A DNA stretch of 64,000 nt from Coraliomargarita sp. (GCA_965216325.1 OZ244160.1:2208001-2272000); one strand, 5' to 3'. Counted from the stretch's first letter, positions 19,316 through 29,848 are shown. Translations and numbers: made by a program. The notes: a model not told the origin generated them from the sequence alone.

Positions 19316-20746
19316 ATGAAGACAACTGTAGAATCCCTGATCTCGACTTTTGAACAGGCCGGCCAAGGCCAGGTATTTCGCTACTTTGCTGAACTTGGCG
19401 AGGACGCGAAGGCGAAGCTAATTGCTCAGGCGGAGACGATTGATCTGGTAGAGATCAATGCCCTCGTGGATGAGCATATCAAAGGCGAGCGCCATAGTGG
19501 TGTAAATTTGGATGGTTTGGAGCCTGCTCCGTTCGTGCCGTTGCCGGGAAATGGTGGTGATGCAGGGCAGTGGGCTGCGGCAACTGAGGCTGGCGAAGAG
19601 GCGATTCGTGCGGGCCGAGTGGCTGCTTTCTGTGTGGCTGGTGGTCAAGGCACGCGCCTCGGCTATGATGGACCAAAGGGCACCTACCCGGTGACGCCGC
19701 TGACGCAGAAGACGCTCTTCCAAGTGTTTGCTGAGAAGATTGGGCGCAGTAGTGCACGCTATGGCACAACGATTCACTGGTTCATTTTGACTAGTGAGAT
19801 TAACAACGCTGCGACCGTCGCGGCGTTCGAGGAGAATGACTATTTTGGCCTGCCAAAGGATAGCGTGCATTTTATCGTGCAGGGTTTGATTGCTGCGGTC
19901 GACAAGGAGGGTAAGATTCTGCTTTCGGACAAGGATTTGGTCGCGCGCACCCCGGACGGTCACGGCGGTTCGCTGCGTGCGCTGGTGCGCAGCGGTGCGA
20001 TTGCAAAGATGGAAGCGCTCGGCGTGGATTGTGTGAGCTATTTTCAGGTGGATAACCCGCTCATCCGTATCATTGATCCGGCCTTTATCGGCTTCCACGT
20101 TCAAGGAGAGTCCGAGCTGTCTTCAAAGATGATTCCAAAGGCGTATCCGTTGGAGAAGGTGGGCCACTTCTGTGCGCAGAATGGGAGCAATGTGGTTGTC
20201 GAATACAGCGACATGCCGAATGAAATGCAGGAAGAGACCAACGAGGATGGCAGCTTGCGCTTCATTGCGGGGAGCGTTGCGATTCATGTGTTCGACCGTG
20301 ACTTTATTGCGCGTGCGGGTGGTGACTCTGCGGATGTGCAGCTTCCATTCCATCGCGCGGATAAGAAGATTCCGTTTGTCGATGCAGATGGTTCGGTGGT
20401 GACGCCTGATGCCGCGAATGGTGTGAAGTTTGAGATGTTTGTCTTCGATGCGCTGCCTCTGGCAAAGAATCCAGTCATCATCGAGTCGGCGCGTGAAGAC
20501 GACTTTAGCCCAGTAAAGAATGCCGAGGGCGTTGACTCGCCGAAGTCCTGCGCGGACGACCAGCTGCGCATGTTTGCACGTTGGCTCAAGGCTGCGGGCG
20601 AAACGCTTGAGACGGACGCGTCGGGCCTCCCTGCAATCCGGTTTGAGATTAGCCATACGTTTGCGGCTGACGAAGCCGATTTCGTGGCTCAATGGAGTGC
20701 GCTTGGCACAAAGCCTGCAATCGCTGAAGGTCTCATTATTGAATAA
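19316..20746 (+). CDS. UDPGP-family pyrophosphorylase (UDP-GlcNAc pyrophosphorylase, UAP1-like)
   Basis: AGGQGTRLG...PKG, PDGHGG, QVDNPL, VEYSD, KFEMFVFD, FSPVKN. Confidence 0.92.
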   Translation: MKTTVESLISTFEQAGQGQVFRYFAELGEDAKAKLIAQAETIDLVEINALVDEHIKGERHSGVNLDGLEPAPFVPLPGNGGDAGQWAAATEAGEEAIRAGRVAAFCVAGGQGTRLGYDGPKGTYPVTPLTQKTLFQVFAEKIGRSSARYGTTIHWFILTSEINNAATVAAFEENDYFGLPKDSVHFIVQGLIAAVDKEGKILLSDKDLVARTPDGHGGSLRALVRSGAIAKMEALGVDCVSYFQVDNPLIRIIDPAFIGFHVQGESELSSKMIPKAYPLEKVGHFCAQNGSNVVVEYSDMPNEMQEETNEDGSLRFIAGSVAIHVFDRDFIARAGGDSADVQLPFHRADKKIPFVDADGSVVTPDAANGVKFEMFVFDALPLAKNPVIIESAREDDFSPVKNAEGVDSPKSCADDQLRMFARWLKAAGETLETDASGLPAIRFEISHTFAADEADFVAQWSALGTKPAIAEGLIIE

Positions 20747-20773
20747 TTACCGTTTAACTCTAATCTAGGAACT

Positions 20774-22741
20774 ATGAGCATAATCGCACAAATCGAAGCC
20801 GCTGAAAAAGACGGCACTCTTCTCGAAAGCACGGTTGCCAACCTGAAGGTTTGGGCCAACGCCGATTTCCTGCCCGAGTGGGCGGGGCAAAGTATCGCTG
20901 AGCTTGTTGAGCAAGGTGCTTGGGAAGAGCTCAATGATCGCTTCTATCAGAATCTGGCCTTTGGCACGGGTGGTATGCGTGGCCGCACGATCGGTCGTGT
21001 TTCCAGCTCGGTTGAGTCCGGTGATTTGGACGCGCAAAATGGCTCTCCCGCGCATGCAGCGGTCGGCACTAATGTGTTGAACGACTTTAACATCGTTCGC
21101 GCGACGATTGGACTCTTTCGCTATGTGAAGGCTTACCTCGAGGCGGAAGGGCGACATGATTTGCCGCGTTTCGTGATTGCGCACGATGTGCGTCACTTCT
21201 CGCGTCACTTCTGTGAGTTGGCTGCTTCCACATGGACGCAGCTTGGTGGTCAGGCGCTGATTTTTGAAGGTCCGCGTTCGACTCCTCAGTTGAGCTTTGC
21301 GGTGCGTCAAGCTAAGGCAACTTGTGGGGCGGTGATTACTGCCAGCCATAATCCGCCGCACGACAACGGTTTCAAGGTCTACTTTGAAGATGGTGCCCAG
21401 GTCGTTTCACCGCACGCAGAGACGATCGTTGCTGAAGTGAACAAGGTCGCGCTTGAAGAGTTGCCCGCCTATTTGGATATCAAGCTCGATGGTGTGGTGA
21501 CACTGGGCTCGGAAGCGGATGAGGACTATCTGAGTCTGCTTGATGAGATGGTGCTCGATCGTGAGGTGATGGAAGAGCAAAAGGCGAAGGTGGTCTTTAC
21601 GCCAATCCATGGAACTGGTGCAATCAGCAGTATTCCAGCGCTGAAGAAGCTTGGTCTCGATGTGATCGAAGTGGAGGAGCAGATGGTAATCGATTCCCGT
21701 TTTCCAACGGTGAAGTCACCAAATCCGGAAAACGCAGAGGCGCTCGCAATGGGGATCGCCAAGGCTAATGAAACCGGTGCTGATGTGGTCATTGCTACCG
21801 ACCCGGATGCCGACCGCATGGGGGTTGCTGTGCGCAATGCCGATGGCGAGATGGTGCTGCTTACCGGAAATCAGATTGGTACTCTGTTGGCCGAATACCG
21901 TATCTCCACGTTGAAGGATGCAGATATTCTTCCGGAGGAAGGGAGCGAGAATGCCTGCCTCATTAAGACTTTCGTGACCAGCCCGATGCAGGAGGCAGTT
22001 GCGGATTGGCATGGTATCAAGACCATCAATACGCTGACAGGCTTCAAGTGGATTGGCGAGAAGTTGGCCGACTATCAAGCTCAGATGGAGGAAGCGCTTT
22101 TCGAGAAGGAAGGGATGGCGCTCGATTACGATGCAACCGACGTTTGGACGCGTGCCGACCTGTTGCTCGATTACTCCACTTACTTCGTCTTTGGCGGAGA
22201 GGAAAGCTATGGTTATCTGGCGAGCGATGCGGTTCGCGACAAGGATGCCAATGCCGCGGTTGTGATGTTCTGCGAGCTTGCTGCCTATCTGAAGTCGCAG
22301 GATATGACCTTTCCTGAGATGCTGGATTCCCTGTATTTGCAGCATGGATACTACGAGGAAAAGAACATCAATATTTACTACGAAGGCGCTGCGGGTAGCC
22401 AGAAGATCAAAAATATCCTGAGCTCCTATCGCGAGGATGCGCCTAAGGCCTTCGGCGATGTAACCGTGACGGGCTTTACTGATTTCGGTAAGGACGAGAT
22501 TATCGATGCCGACGGTAAGAAGATTCCGCCACAGGACTTTTACTTCCTCGAGTTGAGCAATGGTTACAGCTTTGCGGTTCGCGGTTCTGGCACGGAGCCA
22601 AAGATTAAGTTCTATGTGTTTGGCCGCAGTGACGTGACTGAGCCTGAAGAACTCGCTGCAGTTAAGGCTGCTGGTGGCGAGGTGATGGAGTCGATGCTTG
22701 CTGCGATCGAAGCCGATGCGCGTCAACGTGCGGAAGGCTAG
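20774..22741 (+). CDS. Phosphoglucomutase/phosphomannomutase
   Basis: FGTGGMRG, TASHNP, DPDADR, GEESYG, RGSGTEPKIK. Confidence 0.95.
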   Translation: MSIIAQIEAAEKDGTLLESTVANLKVWANADFLPEWAGQSIAELVEQGAWEELNDRFYQNLAFGTGGMRGRTIGRVSSSVESGDLDAQNGSPAHAAVGTNVLNDFNIVRATIGLFRYVKAYLEAEGRHDLPRFVIAHDVRHFSRHFCELAASTWTQLGGQALIFEGPRSTPQLSFAVRQAKATCGAVITASHNPPHDNGFKVYFEDGAQVVSPHAETIVAEVNKVALEELPAYLDIKLDGVVTLGSEADEDYLSLLDEMVLDREVMEEQKAKVVFTPIHGTGAISSIPALKKLGLDVIEVEEQMVIDSRFPTVKSPNPENAEALAMGIAKANETGADVVIATDPDADRMGVAVRNADGEMVLLTGNQIGTLLAEYRISTLKDADILPEEGSENACLIKTFVTSPMQEAVADWHGIKTINTLTGFKWIGEKLADYQAQMEEALFEKEGMALDYDATDVWTRADLLLDYSTYFVFGGEESYGYLASDAVRDKDANAAVVMFCELAAYLKSQDMTFPEMLDSLYLQHGYYEEKNINIYYEGAAGSQKIKNILSSYREDAPKAFGDVTVTGFTDFGKDEIIDADGKKIPPQDFYFLELSNGYSFAVRGSGTEPKIKFYVFGRSDVTEPEELAAVKAAGGEVMESMLAAIEADARQRAEG

Positions 22742-22763
22742 AGTGGCTTATTATTGATCGAGG

Positions 22764-22795
22764 AAAAAGGCACCCCCGCGTGGGGTGCCTTTTTT
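22764..22795. terminator. Bidirectional terminator
   Basis: AAAAAGGCACCCC-CGCGT-GGGGTGCCTTTTT. Confidence 0.85.
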
Positions 22796-22858
22796 GTCGA
22801 TTGTTCTCGTCTGAGTGTTGAGTGGGTGCGTCCGTTTTTAAGTTAAGTGTATATAACG

Positions 22859-23012
22859 GGTAGGGCAGTCTCGCCGAGGCTGCCGTTCGCTAGGGTTACG
22901 TGAACTGAAATGCGCTCATATATGGTGGGTTGTTGCTGTTGAACTATCCACGTTATCTGGTGGGGTGTTTCCTTCTTCTGGCGAACGGTCGTCTCGGCGA
23001 GACGACCCTACC
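22859..23012. repeat. GTAG REP doublet (REPIN-like)
   Basis: GGTAGGGCAGTCTCGCCGAGGCTGCCGTTCGC ... GCGAACGGTCGTCTCGGCGAGACGACCCTACC. Confidence 0.8.
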
Positions 23013-23115
23013 ATCAGGAAGCCTCGGCTTTGTCGGAGTGGCGCCGCATTGGTTCCTGTGCTCGAATCCGTCCAGTTTTGATCGCCTCGGGGCAGGGAAT
23101 GTGGGGCCCTAGCTT

Positions 23116-24075
23116 CTATCCGAGCTTGGCGGCGACAATATCGCGCACCTTGAGCATGTCTTGTCCAAAGACTCGAATGCCTTGGGCGAGTTTTTCAGTG
23201 GCCATGGCGTCTTCGTTGAGGAGCCAACGGAAAGATTTTTCGGAGACGTCGAGTGGCTCAATGTCCGCAGACTTTGCGGCAGCTGCGCTGAGCTTTTGTT
23301 CGACTTCACCATCCATGTTTTGCAACTCCTCGAGGAGGGCAGGGCTAATGGTGAGCAGGTCGCAGCCGGCAAGTTCGAGGATTTCGCCAATGTTGCGGAA
23401 GCTGGCACCCATGACTTCGGTTTTGTGGCCGAATTTTTTGTAGTAGGTATAGATTTCCTGAACGCTGAGCACGCCGGGGTCGTTCTCGGCGGTATACTCG
23501 ACCTCGGTGTTGGCCTTGTACCAGTCGAGGATTCTGCCTACAAAGGGTGAGATCAGCTGCGCGCCGGCTTCGGCGCAGGCCACCGCTTGTGCGAGGCAGA
23601 AGAGTAGGGTCATGTTGCAGCGGATGCCTTCCTTTTGGAGGATCTCGGCGGCGCGAATGCCTTCCCATGTGGAGGCGATTTTGATCAGAATGCGCTCGCG
23701 CGGGGTGCCCTTCGCCTCGTAGAGGGCGATGAGCTCGCGCGCCTTGGTGATGGTTGCCTCGGTGTCGAAGGACAGTCGGGCGTCGACTTCTGTGGAGACT
23801 CGGCCGGGTACGATCTCGAGGATCTTTTGACCGAAGCCGACGAGCATGTGGTCGATGACGAGGTCGATGCGTGCTTCGCCGTTGACGCTTGAATTGGCGG
23901 TTTCAGCGATTGCTGCGTCGAGCACGGGCAGGTAGGCTTCTTGTTGAAGGGCCTTGAGGATGAGCGAAGGGTTGGTTGTCGCATCCTGTGGCGTGTAGGC
24001 CGCCAGTGTTTCAAAGTCGCCGGTATCGGCGACTACGGTTGTCATGGATTTTAGGGACTCGAGTGTATTTGGCAT
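23116..24075 (-). CDS. tal: Transaldolase
   Basis: [39 protein letters not shown]. Confidence 0.97.
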   Translation of the reverse strand: MPNTLESLKSMTTVVADTGDFETLAAYTPQDATTNPSLILKALQQEAYLPVLDAAIAETANSSVNGEARIDLVIDHMLVGFGQKILEIVPGRVSTEVDARLSFDTEATITKARELIALYEAKGTPRERILIKIASTWEGIRAAEILQKEGIRCNMTLLFCLAQAVACAEAGAQLISPFVGRILDWYKANTEVEYTAENDPGVLSVQEIYTYYKKFGHKTEVMGASFRNIGEILELAGCDLLTISPALLEELQNMDGEVEQKLSAAAAKSADIEPLDVSEKSFRWLLNEDAMATEKLAQGIRVFGQDMLKVRDIVAAKLG

Positions 24076-24140
24076 TTTCGTATGACTGCCTTTAAACTGA
24101 TGAGGTTCAAGGTTCTAAAACGACTGTTACCTGAATGTAA

Positions 24141-24281
24141 TTAATTCCACTTTGTTAAACTGGTAGCGCAGGCGCGTCTCGCGCCGCACCAAGACCTAAA
24201 ATATGCACTATCAAACTGTCGATGCGCACCGAGGACGGTGCTGCGCTACCCCAAAAACTGAGTTTAACAAAGTAGAATTAA
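24141..24281. repeat. GTAG REP doublet with extended 21-bp flanking inverted repeat
   Basis: TTAATTCCACTTTGTTAAACT-GGTAGCGCAG ... CTGCGCTACC...AGTTTAACAAAGTAGAATTAA. Confidence 0.7.
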
Positions 24282-24673
24282 TCCTTTGGATCAGTTTCGT
24301 GCTTGGAGAACAGTAGGCAGCCCCAGCCAATGAGTAAGCAGAGCCCGCCGAGTGGGGTGATCGGCCCGAGCCACGGGGCCTCCACGAGGCTGAGCCCATA
24401 GAGCGACCCGGAGAATAGGCAGATTCCGACTACGAAGAAATTTCCCGTGAAAATGTAGGGGCGCTGCTTGCGGCGCCCGCTCTTGCCTAGGCCAAATACG
24501 AGAATGAGAGCTAAGGCGTGCCACATTTGATAGCGGACCGCGGTTTCCCAGGTTGCGACATGCCCTCGCTCAGTTAACAGGTTTTTGAGGCCATGTGCGC
24601 CAAAGGCTCCGAGCGAAACGGCGAGCAGTGCGAAGAGAATGCCGAGGCGGAGATGGAGCGTTGGGTTCTTCAT
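24278..24673 (-). CDS. DUF423 membrane protein
   Basis: LGAFGAHGL, TAVRYQMWH, FSGSLY, GPITPLGG. Confidence 0.92.
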   Translation of the reverse strand: MKNPTLHLRLGILFALLAVSLGAFGAHGLKNLLTERGHVATWETAVRYQMWHALALILVFGLGKSGRRKQRPYIFTGNFFVVGICLFSGSLYGLSLVEAPWLGPITPLGGLCLLIGWGCLLFSKHETDPKD

Positions 24674-24774
24674 TGGCAGTAGGTTAGGTTATTGTCGTAT
24701 TGCACGGCTGTTTTATGCGATTTGCGGGCCGCTGGCTGATGTAAAAATAACTTGCATTAAGCTCAGTTAGGCAC

Positions 24775-25377
24775 ATGTATGGACGTGAATATATGCGAAT
24801 CAAGACCCTTCTAACTGGTGCCCTTGCAGTAACTGCGGGCGTATTCTCCATATCCTCACTCTCTGCTGAAACGGATGCAGAGGTAGTTGCTCTGCTCAAG
24901 AAGATGGAGCAGCGAATTGCTGAATTGGAGGCAAAGGAAGCATCTGAAGCGCAATCTGGCGACGATGCCATGGCTAAGCGTATTGCAGAGTTGGAAGCGC
25001 GCCTAGCGGAACAGGAGCAGGAAACCAAGGAGGTCAAGGTGCTGGCATCCAGTGGCGCTGGCTCTGAAAACGGCATTCTTGGTAATGCCGCGACTTTTGA
25101 TATCTTGGCAAATAGCGCATGGCGCAATCTCCGCTGGACTGAGGAAGATCAGTGGGTTGACATCAAAAAGGGGATCTCTCAGGAGCGCGTAGTTGAGTTG
25201 CTCGGTGCACCGCCGCGCACGGTTAAGTCGCTTAAGCCTCGTGTTGATGAGGTTTATTACTACGAGACGAGTATCCGCGACCACGCGAATTCGTTGAAAG
25301 GCAAAATTTCTTTCAAAAAAGGCAAGGTTATTGCTTTTACGAAACCTGACTTTAGTGCGCTTAAGAGTGGTCAGTAA
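24775..25377 (+). CDS. Secreted coiled-coil protein with a small C-terminal BamE/SmpA-like domain
   Basis: Signal peptide, twice-repeated RIAELEA, IKKGIS...V.ELLG.P motif. Confidence 0.75.
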   Translation: MYGREYMRIKTLLTGALAVTAGVFSISSLSAETDAEVVALLKKMEQRIAELEAKEASEAQSGDDAMAKRIAELEARLAEQEQETKEVKVLASSGAGSENGILGNAATFDILANSAWRNLRWTEEDQWVDIKKGISQERVVELLGAPPRTVKSLKPRVDEVYYYETSIRDHANSLKGKISFKKGKVIAFTKPDFSALKSGQ

Positions 25378-25431
25378 TGATCATTTTTTTGGTAGCTAAA
25401 AAACAAACAAAACAAAATAACAACACATACT

Positions 25432-26526
25432 ATGAAAAACAAAATCGCACTCGCATCCGCTTTCGTAGCGGCTTCCGGTCTCGCGACAGCGGAAATCGTC
25501 ATCAACGATTTCCTCTCTTTCGAAGGCTTCATCGATATGTCCTACAGCCACACTGACGTTGACAGTGACAACGTTGCTGTTGCTTCCGGTTCTGATAACA
25601 GCTTCGACATCGATCAGGTTGAAATCGACTGGTTGTTCGATTTCGACACAGTAACTGCTCAAATCGACCTCGCATACGAAGGTTCCGATGGTGATCAGGA
25701 AACTGCTGTTGAGCAGGCATTCGCTACTTACCACTTCGACAACGGTGGTGCGATCACAGCTGGTCGTTTCGCTTCCATGCTTGGTTTTGAAGCATTCGAG
25801 CCAACTGGTCTTTACCAGTTCTCCTTCGCTTACGACTACAGCATCCTTCCTGGTTATGCTCAAGGTGTGAAGTTCACCCACGAAAGCGACAACACTTTCT
25901 TCGGTATCTCCCTTCTTGATAGCTACACTGAGCGTTCCGACGATGATCCTTACAATGGTCGTCTTGGTGGCTCTGATGATTCCGACTGGGCTGTTGAAAT
26001 TGCGGGTGCCTACTACATGGACAATGGTCTGTCCTTCTTCCTGGGTGGTTACTATGAAGATACTGAAGGTCCATCTGTTGACGGTTCTGTTTACGCGATC
26101 AATGGTTATGTAACTTACGAAACAGGTGCATGGATTTTCGCAGCTGAGCTCAACTACGGTGACTCTGAAGTTGGCGCATACGGTCTTTCTGCTGAAGAAG
26201 GCACTCTGTATGATGGGTTCTCCATCTTCAGTGACGACGAAGAAGCGCTCTCTGGTTTGCTCATGGCTAACTACGCTTACAGCGACCAAGGCTCCATCAC
26301 TGCTCGTTTCAGCTATGAAGAACGCACTCTTGACGACACTGCTTTCGGTGACGCAGACGCAGAGCAATACAAGCTGACGCTTGCACACGGCTGGGCATTC
26401 ACAGACAACCTCTCCCTCGTAACTGAAATCAGCTATGTTGATGGTGAAGTTGACCTTGACGGTGGTCTTGAGGACGAAGACTTCGATAGCCTTACTGGTG
26501 CAATCGAAGTTATCTTCGCATTCTAA
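25432..26526 (+). CDS. Outer-membrane beta-barrel porin, paralog 1
   Basis: Signal peptide, amphipathic beta pattern, C-terminal Phe (IFAF), strongly biased codons. Confidence 0.88.
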   Translation: MKNKIALASAFVAASGLATAEIVINDFLSFEGFIDMSYSHTDVDSDNVAVASGSDNSFDIDQVEIDWLFDFDTVTAQIDLAYEGSDGDQETAVEQAFATYHFDNGGAITAGRFASMLGFEAFEPTGLYQFSFAYDYSILPGYAQGVKFTHESDNTFFGISLLDSYTERSDDDPYNGRLGGSDDSDWAVEIAGAYYMDNGLSFFLGGYYEDTEGPSVDGSVYAINGYVTYETGAWIFAAELNYGDSEVGAYGLSAEEGTLYDGFSIFSDDEEALSGLLMANYAYSDQGSITARFSYEERTLDDTAFGDADAEQYKLTLAHGWAFTDNLSLVTEISYVDGEVDLDGGLEDEDFDSLTGAIEVIFAF

Positions 26527-26552
26527 TCTGATTCGGATCTAGAATTCTCTTT

Positions 26553-26586
26553 GACGTCCTTCGGCTTCGGCTGGAGGGCGTTTTTT
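26553..26586 (+). terminator. Terminator of porin 1
   Basis: GACGTCCTTCGGC-TTCG-GCTGGAGGGCGTT followed by T-run. Confidence 0.85.
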
Positions 26587-26716
26587 GTGTGTAAACAAGC
26601 GTTCACTTGCCTGTTGTATAAAAAGCTTCACATTTTAACGTAATTTGGTCACTTTTGATCGTGGAAATAGGCGCTTGTACTTATTTTCGACAAACAAAAA
26701 CAAATACAGCTACACT

Positions 26717-27808
26717 ATGAAAAACAAAATCGCACTAGCATCCGCTTTTGTAGCGGCTTCCGGCCTCGCGACTGCGGAAATCGTAATCAACGATTTCCTC
26801 TCTTTCGAAGGCTTCATCGATATGTCTTACAGCCACACTGATGTAGATTCTGATATCAGCATCCTTGACGGTTCTGACAACAGCTTCGACATCGACCAGG
26901 TTGAAATCGACTGGTTGTTCGACTTCGACACAGTAACTGCACAGATCGACCTTGCATACGAAGGTTCTGATGGTGACCAAGAAACTGCTGTTGAGCAGGC
27001 ATTCGCAACTTACCACTTCGACAATGGTGGCGCGATCACAGCTGGTCGTTTCGCTTCCATGCTCGGTTTTGAAGCTTTCGAGCCAACTGGTCTCTACCAG
27101 TTCTCCTTTGCTTACGACATGAGCATCCTTCCAGGCTATGCACAAGGTGTGAAGTTCACTCACGAGTCTGACAACACATTCTTCGGTCTCTCTCTTCTCG
27201 ACAGCTATGTTGAGCGTGATCTGGACGATCCTTACAATGGTCGTCTTGGTGGTTCTGATGACTCCAGCTATGCATTTGAAATTGCTGGTGCATACTACAT
27301 GGACAATGGCCTTGGCTTCTTCCTTGGCGGTTACTACGAAGACATCGATGGTGACGGAGTAACTTCTGCTGATGGTGACAACTATGCAATCAATGCATAC
27401 GTGACCTTCGAAACTGGTGCTTGGATCTTCGCAGCTGAGCTTAACTACGGTGAAACCGAAGCAAACGCTTATGGTGTCGACTACGGTGTTGATCCTGTCT
27501 TCGGTAACTTGGAAATCGTTGGCACTGACGACGAGGCTGTGTCTGGTCTTCTTATGGCTAACTACGCATATAGCGACAAGGGATCTATCACAGGTCGTAT
27601 CAGCTATGAGTCCTTCGATTATGACAATGCGTTCGACGACGAAATCGAGCAAATCAAGTTCACTATCGCGCACGGCTACGCGTTCACAGACAACCTCTCT
27701 TTGGTAACTGAAATCAGCTACTCTGAGGCAACTGTTGAGAACAACCTCGGCCTTGACGAAGACATCGACACCCTTCTCGGTGCTGTTGAGCTTATCTTCG
27801 CATTCTAA
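26717..27808 (+). CDS. Outer-membrane beta-barrel porin, paralog 2
   Basis: Identical N-terminus to paralog 1 (MKNKIALASAF...); C-terminal IFAF. Confidence 0.88.
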   Translation: MKNKIALASAFVAASGLATAEIVINDFLSFEGFIDMSYSHTDVDSDISILDGSDNSFDIDQVEIDWLFDFDTVTAQIDLAYEGSDGDQETAVEQAFATYHFDNGGAITAGRFASMLGFEAFEPTGLYQFSFAYDMSILPGYAQGVKFTHESDNTFFGLSLLDSYVERDLDDPYNGRLGGSDDSSYAFEIAGAYYMDNGLGFFLGGYYEDIDGDGVTSADGDNYAINAYVTFETGAWIFAAELNYGETEANAYGVDYGVDPVFGNLEIVGTDDEAVSGLLMANYAYSDKGSITGRISYESFDYDNAFDDEIEQIKFTIAHGYAFTDNLSLVTEISYSEATVENNLGLDEDIDTLLGAVELIFAF

Positions 27809-27834
27809 TCTGATTCAGATTTAGAATTTTCTTT

Positions 27835-27865
27835 AAAGCCCCCCGGTTCGCCGGGGGGCTTTTTT
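27835..27865 (+). terminator. Terminator of porin 2; target hairpin of the intron
   Basis: AAAGCCCCCCGG-TTCG-CCGGGGGGCTTT followed by T-run. Confidence 0.9.
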
Positions 27866-27867
27866 GT

Positions 27868-29781
27868 GTGCGCCCGGCAGGGCGCACTTACTCGACAGTG
27901 ATTATTAATGGAAATTGATGAAAGTCTGTTACTCGCCCGGCAAGGGGAAGAGTTAGCCGAAGGGCAACTGCGGCATCGCGAGGTGTTCGTGGGAAGGAAG
28001 CCTATGGCAAAGCACTGGCCTGACGAACAGGAATCGCATAAGAGGCGTTTGCGTTGGATGAGGAGGCACAGAACTTCAAAGTCCGAAACTTGCCCGGAAA
28101 GCGCAGGCGTATATGCGGCAGGCATAAGTGTGACGGTAAGTGCGCATTACCCGGGGAGGTCTCTGAACATGCTACTGGCTACCAGTGTCGCGAGGCACTG
28201 GGATGTGTTTAGAGAAGTCAGCCGAGATCATAGTAGCCTGCACAGGTCGCGGGCGAAGGATCGAACCGAAGAACGACAACAAGGACTGAGACCATGAGCG
28301 AGAGCAGGGAAGCAGAAGCTGGCGGCACCACCCGTCAGACCCGCGTGGAAGGAACCGGACGGCATCTGGGGCGAGTCCATGCGGGCGCATCAAGCGCGCC
28401 ATCGGCCTTGGAGAACCGAGTTGCTCACCAATACGACCTGATTCGACAGGTGACCGAGCGCGGCAATATCAAAGCCGCGTGGAAGAAAGTGCGCCGCAAC
28501 GGCGGCAGAGCGGGCATCGACGAGCGCGACATGGAAGCCAGCCTGGCGTATCTAAATGCGCACTGGGAGCAGATCGAATCGCAGTTGCTGACCGGGAGGT
28601 ATCGTCCCCCGGCAGTGCTGCGTCTGGAGATCAAAAAGCCGGGCGGGGGCACCCGCAAGCTGGGCGTTCCCACGATCGTTGACCGTGTGCTGCAACAAGC
28701 GGCCTTGCAGATACTCAGCCCGATCTTCGACCCCCTGTTCAGCGAACACAGCTACGGGTTCCGCCCCGGACGCAGCGCAGGACAAGCGGTCGAACAGGCG
28801 CAAAAGTATCAGCACGAAGGCAAGAACTGGGTCGTGGACATGGACTTGAAGGCCTTCTTCGACGAAGTGAACCACGACCTGCTGATGGCGCGGGTGCGCC
28901 GTCATGTGAAAGACAAAGCCATGCTCAAACTGATCCGCTCCTGGCTTAAAGCTGGAGTGATGATCGGCGGGCTGGTTCAACCCATGGAGAAAGGCACGCC
29001 TCAGGGTGGGCCGCTCTCTCCACTGCTGTCCAACATCATGTTGGACGATCTGGATAAGGAACTGGAGAAGCGCGGCCATAGCTTCTGCCGCTACGCGGAC
29101 GACTGTAACATTTACGTCGCCACGCAGCGCAGCGGCGAGCGTGTGCTCGCTTCGATCACGAACTATTTGGAGACCAAACTGAAGCTGAAGGTCAACCACC
29201 TCAAAAGCGCGGTGGATCGTCCGAGCCGCCGGATCTTCCTCGGCTACAGCTTCACTGGGGGCAAGCATAGCCGCATTCGCGTGCCCAAACAGACGACTCA
29301 AAAGATGAAGTCCAAGCTGCGGAAACTCTGCCGCAAAGGGCGCGGGCGCAACCTGCGCCGCTTCATCGCTGAGACGCTCAATCCAGTGCTACGCGGCTGG
29401 ACGAACTACTTCCGCCTGAGTCAGACGAAAACCTTCGCCGGGGAACTGGACGAATGGTTGCGACATCGCTTGCGGTGCATCCTCTGGCGACAGTGGAAAC
29501 GTCCCCACACCCGCTACAGGAAGCTGGTGCAGCTTGGGCTCAGCCCCGAATGTGCCCGCAAAAGCAGCTACAACGGACGCGGGGCGTGGTTTAACAGCGG
29601 AGCCTCTCACATGAACCAAGCCCTCCCACGCAAAGCCTTCACGCAAATGAAGCTCCTATCTGTCTATGATTTGCTCGAATTGATGAGAGCCGAAATCCTT
29701 CTTCGGAACCGCCGTGATACGTGAACCGTACGTCCGGTGGTGTGAGAGCTTGGAGCGGGCAACCGCTCCCGGCTACTCGAT
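27868..29781 (+). mobile_element. Group II intron, class IIC
   Basis: 5' GTGCGCCCGGC directly after a terminator; D5 GAACCGCCGTGATACGTGAACCGTACGTCCGGTGGTGT with CGC triad; D6 ending CTACTCGAT. Confidence 0.93.
28294..29724 (+). CDS. ltrA: Group II intron reverse transcriptase/maturase (no endonuclease domain)
   Basis: R.LGVPT..DR, SYGFRPGRS, DLKAFFD, GTPQGGPLSPLL, RYADD, maturase GWTNYF. Confidence 0.96.
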   Translation: MSESREAEAGGTTRQTRVEGTGRHLGRVHAGASSAPSALENRVAHQYDLIRQVTERGNIKAAWKKVRRNGGRAGIDERDMEASLAYLNAHWEQIESQLLTGRYRPPAVLRLEIKKPGGGTRKLGVPTIVDRVLQQAALQILSPIFDPLFSEHSYGFRPGRSAGQAVEQAQKYQHEGKNWVVDMDLKAFFDEVNHDLLMARVRRHVKDKAMLKLIRSWLKAGVMIGGLVQPMEKGTPQGGPLSPLLSNIMLDDLDKELEKRGHSFCRYADDCNIYVATQRSGERVLASITNYLETKLKLKVNHLKSAVDRPSRRIFLGYSFTGGKHSRIRVPKQTTQKMKSKLRKLCRKGRGRNLRRFIAETLNPVLRGWTNYFRLSQTKTFAGELDEWLRHRLRCILWRQWKRPHTRYRKLVQLGLSPECARKSSYNGRGAWFNSGASHMNQALPRKAFTQMKLLSVYDLLELMRAEILLRNRRDT

Positions 29782-29848
29782 GTCCGGAAGTCGACAGCAC
29801 GGGCATTGGCGTCTATCCGTTGTGAGGTATCTTAAATTACTCTTTATT

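Noticed and set aside
28294..29724. Retron, DGR or defence-associated reverse transcriptase
   Set aside because: Maturase domain and complete group II intron boundaries with D5/D6 explain it
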